A stretch of 64,000 bases of DNA, from contig MU058252.1 of assembly GCA_013265495.1 (NCBI GenBank), forward strand, positions 1,088,244 through 1,152,243. The letters run 5' to 3'. The translations under genes and the position numbers were made by a program. Shown piece after piece: positions 48,587 through 60,978 of the stretch. Source of the stretch: Vicugna vicugna (Eukaryota). Below the pieces are notes generated by a model. That model had not been told where the DNA came from and searched no databases. It saw only the letters and a list, made by a program, of their open reading frames with translations. Each line of letters begins with the position of its first letter. Position 1 is the stretch's first letter.

Positions 48587-49100
48587 AACATCTGGATTGA
48601 AATTTACACTGACAATTAAAAGCAAAATTGACCGTTTCTGGTGTAGTCTGTGAACTTTAACACCTGTAGAGCTTGCTGTGGCCATCACCACAGTCACGAT
48701 CAGGGGTTCTACAGACTCCTTCGTGAGCTACCCCTTTGTAGTCCAACCGTCCTCCCCATCCCTAAGACAGGCACTAAACCATGCCCACCTCTAAAATTTT
48801 GTCATTTCAGGAATGTTCTATAAATGGAATCAATAGATAACCTTTCAAGATTAGCTGCTTACACTTGGTATAATGCTCTTGAGATCCCTCCAAGCCGTGG
48901 TGTGTAACAGCAGTTTGTTTTCATTGCTATGTACTATTTCATTGTGTGGATGTTCCACACTTTGTCAAACCATTCGCCGCTGAAGGATATCTGAGGTGTT
49001 TCCAGTTTTTGGTGACCATGATAAAACAACTGTGTGCAGGTTTCTGTGGGAACCTAACTTCTTAATTCACTTGAGTAAATACCTAGGAGCGGCCACGTGA
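48587..49100 (-). mobile_element. Old L1 (L1MB/L1MC-like) 3' end, sense to KMT2C
   Basis: TTTTGTCATTTCAGGAATGTTCTATAAATGGAATCA...CTGAAGGATATCTGAGGTGTTTCCAGTTTTTGG...GAGTAAATACCTAGGAG. Confidence 0.75.
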
Positions 49101-49804
49101 TGTATTTTGAACACTATTACTGTTTTATTTTAAGAAAAAATTTAAAATTTTACTTCTTTTTAAGTATAGTTTTTATTTCAGTATGAGCATTTTGAAAACC
49201 ATCTGGTTTATAATGGAAGATAATAGCAAAATGGTCTCATTTTTCAGGAACGAGTCCTTTACATAAGATATACCAATGTATTTTGAGATCAAAATACTGA
49301 TAAGAAATACTAGTAAAAACATACCATGAAAAAAATCCCACCAGAGTGATTCAAATGCTCTAGCTGAAATTCCATTAGAAACCAGGGAACCAAAGGACAC
49401 AGCAAAGCAGAGGTCAAGTCCAACTGGAAAACCGAGGACCCCCACGAGCCGTCCTCAGCAAAGCTCAAGACTCTGCACCGCAATTTCCCAGGGCAGGGAG
49501 AGTAACTGAATTTCCCCAGCAAGACTAGCTATACCAGGGTTTCACACTGGAGCATGAAAATAGCTCTAAGTAAGGGTCATGAGAATCGATCCCATTAGCA
49601 GCACTTCGTAAAAGTGTGTGCTGTGTGACAGTTACTCTGCGGCAAGACCTGGGGCTGTTATTGCTTCACTCAGTAAGAGGGCTCAGAGCTGTCACTTTTG
49701 ACAGCCACTTAACACTAATCAATAGCCTGTGTCATTAATGAATGACAGGCCAAAATATTCTACTCATTAACAATTGCTTCTTATTTTGCAAACCTATTTA
49801 TTAC

Positions 49805-50037
49805 CTGTTCTAGCTGTTTCTGAACCATGCTTTGCTGTTCAGTAACATGCTTGAGTTGCTCAGCATCCTCTTCCGGAAATTCACGCCCAGCTTTCTTGGC
49901 AGTACGCTGCTTAGCTGAAAGGGCCTTCTTGGACTTCCTGTGTGCACCAATTTGCTCTTCAAGGTATTTCTGCTGCATCTGAAGAAGCTGTTGGGTCTCC
50001 TGAAGCCATTCTTCATACTGCTTACGCTGTGAATCAT
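49805..50037 (-). CDS. KMT2C: KMT2C exon ~42: (N)DSQRKQYEEWLQETQQLLQMQQKYLEEQIGAHRKSKKALSAKQRTAKKAGREFPEEDAEQLKHVTEQQSMVQKQLEQ, coiled coil
   Basis: 233 nt, ctcag/gtaata boundaries. Confidence 0.97.
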
Positions 50038-51843
50038 CTGAGGGAAAAATTAGAAAGTCATCTGTGTTAATTTTCTAAGAGTCCAATACAAAAGTTACAC
50101 AAATCCACTCTGTATGGAAACAGTTTCATCATGACCTTTTAATAGATATTTTGAAAACATAATACTAAATATTAGACCACAATGTAATTATAAGGTAGAA
50201 GATTTTAGAAAAATATTTAAGAAAACCAAAGAATGCATGTTCTTAGGACACAGGTTAACTTCATACTTAAAAATACTATGAACCCAATCTTTGAAAAGTA
50301 GAACACGTATCTAACGGGATACTTATCAGCTAAACCACCAAACTCCCTAACCCACACGCCAAACTGTGTACTGAGCTACAGTATCTGATTAACTCAACCT
50401 TACAGATTTTGAAGAGACGAAGTGAGACATACCCTATCAATGTCCTGAGCATGGATTAGGCATCACTTTCCATGCTAACTTTCCTAAGTTTATAAGGGTT
50501 TCCCTATTTTTAACTGGTGAAAATGTCCTAAACTAAGAGACAGGGAACCTAGGATGCTTTAGAGAGGCCCAATATGAAGTCTGTTTTATAAAGGAAATCT
50601 GTACGTTAAAACCACTGGTGATTTTCATGAATTCTGTAATTTATAATTCTATAAATAAGCAAAGGTAGGAAGTAATTAACCAAGTAAAATCTTTTCTACT
50701 TGTGTGACTGTCATTAATATCTCCCCAAATAGTTATATCTCTTCATCTTGTACCGATATTCTTTCTTTATTCTTTAAGGGCACTTTACTTCACTGATGCC
50801 AAGTTCAAAAAAAAAAAAGTCATCTTATGGTTGTGAAATTCAGAATATACCTTTTGACTCACTATAAGACAAATATATGAATAAATACAATTCCAAGAAG
50901 GACATTAGCTGAAAAATTACATCAATGATAACAGAATATTGTCATACAGTAAGAGTCCAACCAAAGCCATGGGCACAATAACGCCAGAAAAAGCCAGTTG
51001 GTTTTAGCAGTTTACTTGTTTTTAATGCGAATACGTATTCAAATCGTTGTAATTAACGCAGGGGTAATTTCAAAAGGTCAGACTTTGGGTTTGTTCTTAA
51101 ACCCAGAAGTTCCAGTACATGGATGAACTTGGAATCTAGTCTACTAAATTTGAAGGGCATTTTTCAAGAACAGGCTTTTTCACAAGATTTCAGAAGTTCT
51201 GCTTCTGGTAGAATGAGACCTACCGCAAGGAAAGCCTTTCTGGTTTCTGGAACCAGGAGAGCAGAGGTGAGCAAAATGAAAAATAATGGTGAAAAAAAAG
51301 TTAGCTAAACAGTCTGAAGATTTCAGAAAGGTTCAGTCTGGGGAGAACTTTAAATGCTATCCTGAACCACCTGGGACCCCTGAAGGCAACTAGGAAGGAT
51401 TCAGTGGCATCCGGCATCCCTGACCTTCACACCATGCTGCTAACCCGGCTCAGCTCCAGCATAGTTCCCTTTGTTGTCCCCATTTAGTGTCCTTGTCACT
51501 CAGGCAGACAGTCATTAGAGAAGAAGTGGTTCAGTTCTACAGATGGTAAAGTGCCCACTCTAGATACAAAAACAGCAGCAATACTGAAGAGAGCGGGGAA
51601 GATGATTTTTCTGTATTAAAATATTTATCTCTTATGGTAATTATTCATGCACAGAGAAAAAAAGCAAAGAAAATACATGCCTTGAGGGAAAGATGCCTAA
51701 TAGGGCAGTGATGTTTAATAGAAAACGAGGGCCCTTTGATTTAAATAACACACCTAAACTAACTCCATGTTTTTAGAAGAACACAAATACAATGCAAACA
51801 AGCAATCCCCAGAGAACATGGAACTGATCAGATTTATACTTAC

Positions 51844-51907
51844 TGACGAAGCCTGGACCAAAATTTGGAGGATTAGGCCTAGAAATCTGATGTGTTATAC
51901 TGCCATC
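51844..51907 (-). CDS. KMT2C: KMT2C exon ~41: DGSITHQISRPNPPNFGPGFV(N)
   Basis: 64 nt, ttttag/gtaagt boundaries; needed to reconcile the phases of the flanking exons. Confidence 0.93.
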
Positions 51908-51985
51908 CTAAAATAAGTAAAATTTACAAATAGGTTTATTCCACATTTCAGTTAAAGGGGAAAAAAAACTTTAAAAAATGAAAAC

Positions 51986-52030
51986 AAAAAAAAAAAAAAA
52001 AAAAAAAAGAAAGAAAGAAAGAAAAAGAAA
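51986..52030. repeat. A23 tract followed by (GAAA)n
   Basis: Read directly. Confidence 0.9.
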
Positions 52031-52539
52031 TGGAAGGAAAAAAACCTTTCATGTCTTATGGCATCTTAAAAGCCTTCAATTTTCATAAAAAGTAGAATAA
52101 TTTACTGGTGACAACCTCATTTCTAGAAATTTAAAACTATCTCTCAACTGTTACTTTTTCCAGATTTCAGTTGAAAAGCAATTATTTCTAAAGTAAAGGG
52201 TTATTCATCAGAAACGTAATAGTATGGCAAATCAAACAGTGTTAGTATTTAGCTAAAGATCTACATAAAACCCCACTTTTTGATGATATACCTAGTTTCT
52301 TCTGCAACTAAGACAAAACAAAGGTTCTAGGTTTACACTCCACAACGTAGTTATTTATTTATAAACAAGAACCAATGTCTCTAACATGTACAAATAATAA
52401 AACAAATATACACTAGTTTAAAAGGTTAGTCTTATTTTTTCATTAAATGTCTTATTTCTTCCAGGGAGACCAAATAAATACTCGTGATAATCTCACAATT
52501 CCCTGGCAACAATCTGATAAATAAAAATAACTCTGAAAA

Positions 52540-52780
52540 AACATTTACTGAGTTGCTACAAGTTCTGGTAGACATGAGCTGTATACAAGGTAGCAATTAC
52601 AAATGATACCAGCATCCAGAATATACTACATGTAAACCTTGTAATATTGTGAAGCAGGTGGTGTAACATTTGACAGATCAAAAAACAGAGGTTAAAAAAC
52701 TTGCCCAAAGTTGCACAATAAACTCATATCAGATTTTATTCTTTAAACTCAGCTACGAAGCCTATGCTCTTTCCACTGTG
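52540..52780 (-). mobile_element. MIR SINE
   Basis: ACATTTACTGAG...TTTGACAGATCAAAAAACAGAGGTTAAAAAACTTGCCCAAAGTTGCACA...AAGCCTATGCTCTTTCCACT. Confidence 0.65.
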
Positions 52781-53477
52781 TGTCAAATGGTGTCTCCCTC
52801 TTCTTTTAATAATGAAAAGACTAATTATCAGTGTAAAAAATCTAAAGCACAACTAACTGGCAGGGCAAAAAAGAAAATGCCAAAAAGACATACAGTAGGT
52901 AGCACAGAGGAAAACACAATATGAAATGAGCAATTCTACTTTCCTGGACATTTCTTGACACTAAACATTTAAATATTCCTACTTAAAGCTGCTTATTACA
53001 AACGATAAATATTCCAAAAACTAAATTATTCCAAGGAGTACACAGAAGAACATGACTAACCATATCAAAATAAAATGCTTTTATAAGCATTTCATTATTT
53101 TCTATAATTTGTAGCAGTTTTACATTTAGATGTATTGAATGAATTCTACAACGTAGGACGTGAAAATGTCTTTGCAGAGTGAGACGTAAACAAAAGCAAA
53201 CACAAACACTCTGAGCATCTGGTTTCCCTCCAAGTGATCTTCTCCCCTTAAATACATAAACCCTTTTCAGAAACTGCCCGTAGCCTTAACTTGCCTTTCC
53301 CTTAAAAAACAATAATGTGTCTTTATTTCCACTGATACTTATTTCCACGATAATACTTCCTGGCAGGGCTCTAGGATTTGTACTATTTTCTAGGCACGGC
53401 CTCACTATCAAGACTAGGTTTGGTGAGAAGCACAGGGAAGCTTGCGTTCTACAGTGACGAGTTCCAAGCAGCAATAC

Positions 53478-53556
53478 CTGAGCAACGGCCTGTGGCAGGA
53501 GACTGTGGCCTTCGCCAGTTTGTGCTCCCGTCACCGAAGGGCCCATGAAGGGAAAC
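53478..53556 (-). CDS. KMT2C: KMT2C exon ~40: (R)FPFMGPSVTGAQTGEGHSLLPQAVAQ
   Basis: 79 nt, ttccacag/gtattg boundaries; phase fits neighbours. Confidence 0.93.
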
Positions 53557-53709
53557 CTGTGGAAAGGAAGTACTAGGTGTCAAATGATAAGCATTTGAAA
53601 CTAACAACTTTTAAGTACTGAATTATTTTTCCTTCCACAAAGAGTAACGGCAACGTCGTCCTTGTCAAAAACAGTTACGAAGCCCTCTTCTCTGTACACG
53701 AAGCGCACG

Positions 53710-53845
53710 ACACAACTCTGTGAAGTGTGGGTTTTTCCTACCCTCATTCATTTATGATGAAAAGCAAGGTTCAGAGACACTAAGTAACTTCCCTACAGTG
53801 ACTAGTGAGGCTGTGATGAGAAACCAACGTGGCTACGCTAGAGGT
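53710..53845 (-). mobile_element. MIR SINE fragment
   Basis: CACAACTCTGTGAAGT...GATGAAAAGCAAGGTTCAGAGACACTAAGTAACTTCCCTACAGT. Confidence 0.6.
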
Positions 53846-54769
53846 TTTATTCTGTTATATGCCTTGTTATACATTAAAATAAAATTAATTCAAGTCTTTT
53901 AGATTAAAAAATAGTGAAGACATAGCTTTATTACATTAATTCTAAGAAAATGATTTGTTCCAATCTTTTAAAAACAATTGGTAGCTTCATTTTTGTATTC
54001 TAAAACAGAAGATGCATCTCAAGACATTTTATACATTTTTGTACATTTCGATGCCTAAAATGTTAAAGCAAATCAAAAGCTGATCACTGACCAAGAAAAT
54101 CTATATGGTTAAAAAATACTTGGCAAATGTTACTTATACTAATTAAAAACTTCACAGAAATATTACTGCTTTAATGAAAACACTTCTAGAGTTACGAAAT
54201 GAAGCGCTTCAACATAACAGGACATATTTTCCAAATCATGTATCAAATGTTGTGCATTAATATCTAGATACTATTAGAATTTAGAAGATATGCTTCTTAA
54301 TTTCTTTACTCAGGTTTTTGATTTGTCTGTTGCCCCCACTACCGCTCTGGTCTGGAATAGTCCAGATCCCACTCACTGTCTATCACCCTCAGTCAACTCA
54401 TCACACTTTAAGAAAGGACTCTCCTCTACTTCTTCAAAGTGCTCAGTAGGACAGAAAACAATACAACTGACAGAGCCATAATGCTGAAAGAATGGGGCTT
54501 GACTCTGAGGTCTATATTTTAAAGTAAGTAAAGAGTTAAATTGAGCACTTCCTGCACTTTGACGATAGGCAGCAAGCTGCAGCACTACAGGCAGTACCGT
54601 GACTTGTTGCCGATAGAATTCATCTTACTTTCATATCAAAAGTTGCTGCACATATGCAATAGATCATTTAGATTCATTACTGCTTTGAAATTATGGTAAT
54701 TAGACCTACTGCTAAATTTATTAATGCATTAATAAAGCACACATACCATAACTTTTACATTTAAACAAC

Positions 54770-54901
54770 TATTTCAAATACAGTTGATTTCTTTTGTAAT
54801 ACTATGTTTTTAGCTTTGCATTGAAATATTCTCAGTTGGAATTCAAAGACTTCACTAGAATGTCAAAAAGGTTCATGATATTAAAAAGTTAAGAACCTCT
54901 G
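54770..54901. mobile_element. Charlie4-like hAT fragment
   Basis: TTGATTTCTTTTGTAATACTATG...GACTTCACTAGAATGTCAAAAAGGTTCATGATATTAAAAAGTTAAGAACCTCTG terminus. Confidence 0.5.
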
Positions 54902-55137
54902 TGACGGAGAGGCAGCATTATCAGAAGCTGTGTAATAATGAGGATCATTAGAATACCTTCTTTGATCTCAACAATGCTTCGTAACCATTTCGAAACATCT
55001 GAACAAAGTACCCTTAAGGATTCCCAATTTATCTGAAGGATTATGTTTATCTTAAATTCACGTAGATTTTATATTCAATTCCATAATCATCCACATTCAA
55101 CAAGACAATTAGGCTAAACTGAGAATCCATGTCCACT

Positions 55138-55325
55138 CAGAAGTTCTCAAACAGCAACATACACAAGAATCCTCCATGGTGCTCACTACAACTATAGACA
55201 TGCAAGCACCATCTCCACACGTTCTGATTTAGCAGGACTGCGGCTCGTAAGTGAATCTGCATCCTTAAAAAAACGACCATGTAATTCTGATGATGGTCCA
55301 TGAGCAAAACTTAAGAAACGCTTTC
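55138..55325. mobile_element. MER5-like hAT MITE
   Basis: CAGAAGTTCTCAAA...TTCTGATTTAGCAGG...GAATCTGCATCCTTAA...GTAATTCTGATG...CTTAAGAAAC. Confidence 0.5.
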
Positions 55326-55949
55326 TGCAGTTATTTAATATCACTTGGGGGTGTAAATACTCTAATTTCAGAAATTCAGATTGTCAAACAACTCTTACAG
55401 TCTTCTTTAATGCATAACTTTCTATTTTTCTACTAATTGTGAAACAGCTTATACATTTTCCAAATGCTAACATTCAAATGTCCTCTGACAGAATAAAAAA
55501 TACTCACGGACTTAAATAAACTACCTTCTGTTCTCAACACAGAACAGTTTCATGTCTATTTTCCTGCTCATCTCCTCGTCTTCACCTGTTTAGGGTGAAG
55601 GAACTCGGTCCCAAGCAGTTTTCAGTTAGCATCAACTATTCTAAAGGTATTTAAACAAACATATACTTAAATATTTTGGATTTCCTGCTTAATCAAGTCA
55701 ATCTTTCAAATCATTCTATGATGTTTTATTACGTTTACCCTGAAAATAATGGAAATGTAATCTTTACATCTGTATAGCATTTTGCATTTGATCATATCCA
55801 GCTGATATCACAGCCAATTTGAATGCTTACTGTTCATTCCTACAATCCAGGCTTTGAGTTACTATGCGCCCTCTCTAGTAACTAGTAATAACTTCATGCA
55901 TTTCTTGATGGAAGTATGAGATGTAAGAATGAGAAAGATCTTCACCTAC

Positions 55950-56061
55950 CTGTTCATAACCATTGGTGGCATGCCCATATTGTTTTGTGCCATTACTTTA
56001 TTTATGCCTTTAAGGGCCACCATTTTGGCTTTCATTATAGGATCTGTAATTGCATCAAAAT
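55950..56061 (-). CDS. KMT2C: KMT2C exon ~39: (D)FDAITDPIMKAKMVALKGINKVMAQNNMGMPPMVMN(R)
   Basis: 112 nt, ctatag/gtaggt boundaries; hand translated. Confidence 0.96.
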
Positions 56062-56760
56062 CTATAGAAGAAACATATTTTGAAGTTACTTATTTCATAG
56101 TACTTGAATCAAGTGACACTAAGAGGTAATGTAACTATCACAAACATTATGTAATACATAGACATGTATGCCTTATTATTTAATAATCACTTTTATAGGT
56201 TTCGATACCAGGTAAGGAATTATGAGATGGTCAGAATTTCAACCTGAATTTAAACCCATCTGAGTAATATATAATTGAAACATGCTTTACTACCTTACTC
56301 CTACAAGAATCAAAACAAGAAGCTTATCAAATACAATGGAAATTACAGCAATAATCTAAAGCAATGCAATTCCTTTCATCCAAACTTTCACAATGCTAAG
56401 CAGAATTGCTTCTTTAGTAACATTTCACCATGAATGAGAATTTGCAGTTGTTTCCAAGGAATTTCACTAAATTAGTTATCATTCTTTAAGAGAAAAATGT
56501 ATCAATTTCTCGCAATAAGGAAAGGCTACTGAGAAAGGACCTCTCTGCATATACATGAAAAAGAAATGGACCAAAATGATGGAAATGGTAACATATACAG
56601 GACAGAGGTGAACTGTATTGTTTAGAAGAAAGCATTCCTTAAGATATGTATCTTGCTAATTCCTTCTCTCAGAAGCACAATATTTTTCCTGTATTGCTGT
56701 TTTGTGAGGTTTTCCCCCCAAAATTAGTAAGCTATTAGAAATGAGTTAAACAGCTATGAC

Positions 56761-56761
<1 letters not shown>

Positions 56762-56796
<35 letters not shown>

Positions 56797-56801
56797 AAAA
56801 A
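56762..56801. repeat. Poly(A) tract (A33 T A6)
   Basis: Read directly; no adjacent retroelement body recognised. Confidence 0.9.
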
Positions 56802-57174
56802 TAGGAAAGAAATTGAGAAGTATTCATTGAACATAATAGGACAGCAAGAAGTTTACTTCTAGCATAATTTCTTTAAATTCATCTTTCAGTGACTCAGAGA
56901 ATACAAGATAATAACGGTTAGAAAGAACTAAAAAATGACTTGTTTCTATTAAACAATACCATAAAAAATAGAATTGAGAAGGTCTGAAACTCTTGATTAA
57001 CCTGGGAGGAATCTAAAACTCTTAAATCACTTTCATTTCCAAGCTGAATGAGGAGCGGAAACATGGCCCTCAGTGCTCAGTCCACATGTCATTGTAATAC
57101 TGGAATACTGTGAGCATATCACACACCACCCAATGCCCAGAGGAATTATTTCTGAAACTCAAAGCAATTCCTAC

Positions 57175-58991
57175 CGATATTAGGGAAGAACGGTTCTGAC
57201 CGCTGACGGATCATGGCTTGCATCTGCCTTTGCTGTTGCTGTTCTTGCCTCTCTTGATCCAAAAGGTCCTGCAGAAGCAGAGGCTGCTCTTCCAGAAGGA
57301 GGGGCCTCTCTCTGTTCTGCTGGGTTAATGTCTGAGGCATCATTAGCTGCTGGGGCCCAGACATGCCACTGGTACTAGACTGACTTGTCAGAGGCACAGT
57401 TTGATTTGCAGGTTTTCCTGTCCCAAAACTGTGATTGGCTGTTGACTGACCCTGAATGAATCCTGGATTGACCTGCACACCCTGAGGGAATGTATGGTTT
57501 AATCTGGAAACTACGGCCACATTAGAATTCACAGTATTATCCAGAACGTGACCAGGCGGTGTCATCAGAGTGGGAGGCAAACTTGACACATGATTGGATG
57601 GTGAGGCCGGCAAAGTTGGCGGTGGAGACCCCAATGGTCTAATGTCTGAACTGTCAGATTTTTCATTAGTAAGTAAACTTGAGAGGACTGGAGTGGATCC
57701 AGTTACACCACAAGAGTTTATTACGTCTTCAGCGGGCAGCTGAGTGGATCCACGAACACTTGTGCTGGAGCCAGCTGTTTCCCGATTAGTTCTTTTCTCA
57801 AGTGTATCCGTATCACAGGACTGCAGAGAAGCCTTCTCCCCACCATTCACCTCTGCATGTGCAGAGGCCTGTGAGCAGGGAGTGTCAGCATTATCTTTAC
57901 CCTCATCACTTTTCTCACTTTCACATTTGGTTTCCCCTTTAGAATCTGGAGACAATACTTCTGTTTTTATCTCACTGGTGACTGTGGATTTTTTCCAAGG
58001 AGGTTTATCAGAAGGAACCACAGTTTTGTCTTCTTGCTCCTTTTTGGGGGGTTCAACAGACACACACTGATTATCTAATTTATCATCAATTGGAACATTA
58101 AGGTCTAGTTCCTCATTAAACATGCTTTTCTTATCTCCTAGGTCAAGTTCTGGATCTGTATATGCAATGATATCAAATTCTCCTGACCTTAAGAGGTCAT
58201 CCAGGTTGGGATCATTGGTTTCCAAATTATCTAAAGTATCCAGTTCATCTCCCTTGCCATCTTCTGTATCCAGATTTAAGTTTTCAAGATCTTCATCATC
58301 CAAGTCTTTGACTTCAACCCCCTCGAGGTCCTTAACATCCAGTTCTTTTACAGATGGGTCATCAGAATCGAGCTTCTCTTCGAGACCATCAGAAGACTGC
58401 GTGGTTATCTGTAAATTATCAGATGCTGTTTCAGCTGGTGGAGGTGCTGACAAAGGGGCATCTGAAAATTCACCAGCCAAGGGATGACTCAGAGACCTCA
58501 TGACCATAGAAGATGAATGGACAGGATGGCTTTGCTCTTGCTGAGACGGTGGCACTTGTTCCAAGTTTGGATGCACAGGTAGCTGATTAGGGAGACCTTG
58601 GGAAGGTCGTCTCAAGGGGTCTGCGTGTCTGGAGCCTGGAAAGTCTGGCCGGGGAATGAAGTTTCCATGTCTTGGATGAGAAGCCTCTAAGAGGTTGCCA
58701 GGAGGAGCAGCAAAGGGAACCCGAGGCCTTCCGTCAGGGGCCCTATGCCTCAGTTCAATGAAGGCTTGGCCCAGTATGTTATGCTGCTGAACTGGCAGGC
58801 TCTGTGGTGGAAAATGCTGAGGAAGTCCAACTGGATTATTCATTTGTGAGTTATTTAGAGGCCGAGGCATATCTACAGATACCGATCTTCTCAGCTGTGG
58901 AGGGACTCCGGGTCCTTGCATTTGTTGAGGAGGTACAAGGAAGCGTTCCTGACTTGACACGGTACCATGACTACCACCTGGAAATCCAAAT
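57175..58991 (-). CDS. KMT2C: KMT2C exon ~38 (1817 nt): Pro-rich, acidic and Ser/Thr-rich region with LDDLL and LQDLL motifs
   Basis: ttttag/gtagga boundaries; coincident with ORF 57146..58960. Confidence 0.97.
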
Positions 58992-60266
58992 CTAAAAGGG
59001 GGGGAAAAGCATACAGTTAAAATATTAAGTTCTACACTGAATTGAGAGTTAGGCTGATTTGTTTTTTAAAAAAAATTTTTTTAGATTAAACTCAGATACA
59101 AAATTAATGTTGCCAAATACAAATGACTTACCAAAAGCAAAATTATCACCATTAGTAAGCATTTATAAAACATCTATACGCAAATAAATTTTTGCTAAGT
59201 ATCCCATAATGAATACCGTATCTGAGCTCTAAAAACATGACCTAAGAGACAACATAAACAAAGACAAAGAAAAGCCACCAAGCAGATGGAATCAACCATT
59301 CAGAAATCAGCATACTACTCGAGGTGAATAAGAGCCCATTTCTCTTTTCGATATTTAGGGAGGCTAGGATATGGAAAAAGCCGATTTGGGGGGGATGTCT
59401 GAATAAAGGTAGGAGGTCTCATGAACTGTACTAGAGAGACTCACAGGCCTCCGGATGTAAGAAAGCAAAGGCATGAGGACTGCACAGACAAACCTACATG
59501 CTCGAAAGGAACGAGCACGGGGTAGTAAGACACAGAATGAAAGGCGTCCCCTGTAAAGATTCAGTAAATGAATTAACTGCAGAAATATTTGTATTCACAT
59601 TGTACCTCATTCTAGAAAGAACTGAAGGCAATTTACAAATAAATATAAAATGCAGCAACAGGCAAAAAGTTTAAGTAAGGAGAAAGAAAAAAGGAAAATA
59701 AAGTTGAGACTGTGAATAATATGGAGGGAGGTATCAGATTAAAAAACATGCCTGAAAACACAACAGCACATGCTGAAGAGCCGCCTCCTCAATGTGGCTC
59801 GGGCTCACACCTGGCGTTGACAGTTCTGGCCTCTTCAGAAAAGAACGCCCCTAGCTTTACAACTATCTCATCGTCAGGAATGGAAAGTTCCTAAGCAAAC
59901 ACATCCTCTCCATTTGGAAATCTCCACAAATACATACAAGGTAAATTAAAATTAAAAGCCGGGGGAGAAGACCGTTTTCACTCACATCACAGGAGGCAGT
60001 CACATTCTGGAGATCTGACAGGTATGACAAACTACCTCATTGTGGCTGGAATGTAATCTAACGCTATCGCAGTCAATTAGTAACAAAGGACTGTTTTCAG
60101 AGTCTGTAGAGTACTAAGAGGTTAAAAACAAATCCACGACCTCCTATCAGCAGAATTAAGAAGGGGTCAAGAGTAAAAAACGGAAATAATTCTTGATTAA
60201 GAGTAATTTCAGTTGATTCTCCCTTCTATTAGCAATTTAAATCCGGCATGAAATTAAAAGCATTAC

Positions 60267-60556
60267 CTAAATCCATGAGGCCTCATCCCCATGCCAGTAA
60301 CATCAGGATAGGGTCCACGGGGGTCTTTTGGGAAAACAGCATATCTAGGTCCTAGAGGAGGGACAATGGGTGACCTGATGTTCCCAGGGTAGGGGGGTGG
60401 AGGCCGAGTGAATGCCTGGCCGATGCTCTCCGGCTGCCAGTGCTGCAGGGGACCTGGATGAGGCCCTGCTCCTGGATCCTGGGATCCTTTCTCCTGTCGA
60501 CTTGCCATCTTCTTCTGCTGCTGCTGCTGGAGGATGATTTCACGTAACTTCTGTCG
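60267..60556 (-). CDS. KMT2C: KMT2C exon ~37: RQKLREIILQQQQQKKMASRQEK...TRPPPPYPG...MRPHGF(R)
   Basis: 290 nt, tttcag/gtaatg boundaries; contains a PPPPY (PPxY) motif. Confidence 0.96.
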
Positions 60557-60978
60557 CTGAAATGGAAAGAAACGAAAATCACTGGGATTTCTGATAATGG
60601 CTTTTTAAGTTTCAATGCTTCCAATATGTGAATATGGTAATGTTTACAAAATCTTAATGTTTCAAAATTTGGTAAAACACTAGTTACAGTTAACAATTCA
60701 ACAGACTGTAAGAAATAAATCGATGATTTGGGTCTTTTTCCTTGCCATACAACTATCACAAAACTGAAGCTTTCATAGTTAAGAATTCCCCTACAAACTC
60801 ATGAAGACTGAAACTAGATAAAGAAACCTAATTCACTGGTGCTGCCTTCATCAACTTCATTTTTCTTCTCTGCAGTAAGACAAATTCTACAGAAAAAAAC
60901 CTTAACATCAATTTGATGAAATAAATAGCTTTCTGAAATAACACATGTAAAACACGTGAGAATATACAACCTGTTTAC

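Noticed and set aside
59585..59760. Possible very old LINE 3' end
   Set aside because: Too diverged to assign by eye; not listed as a feature.
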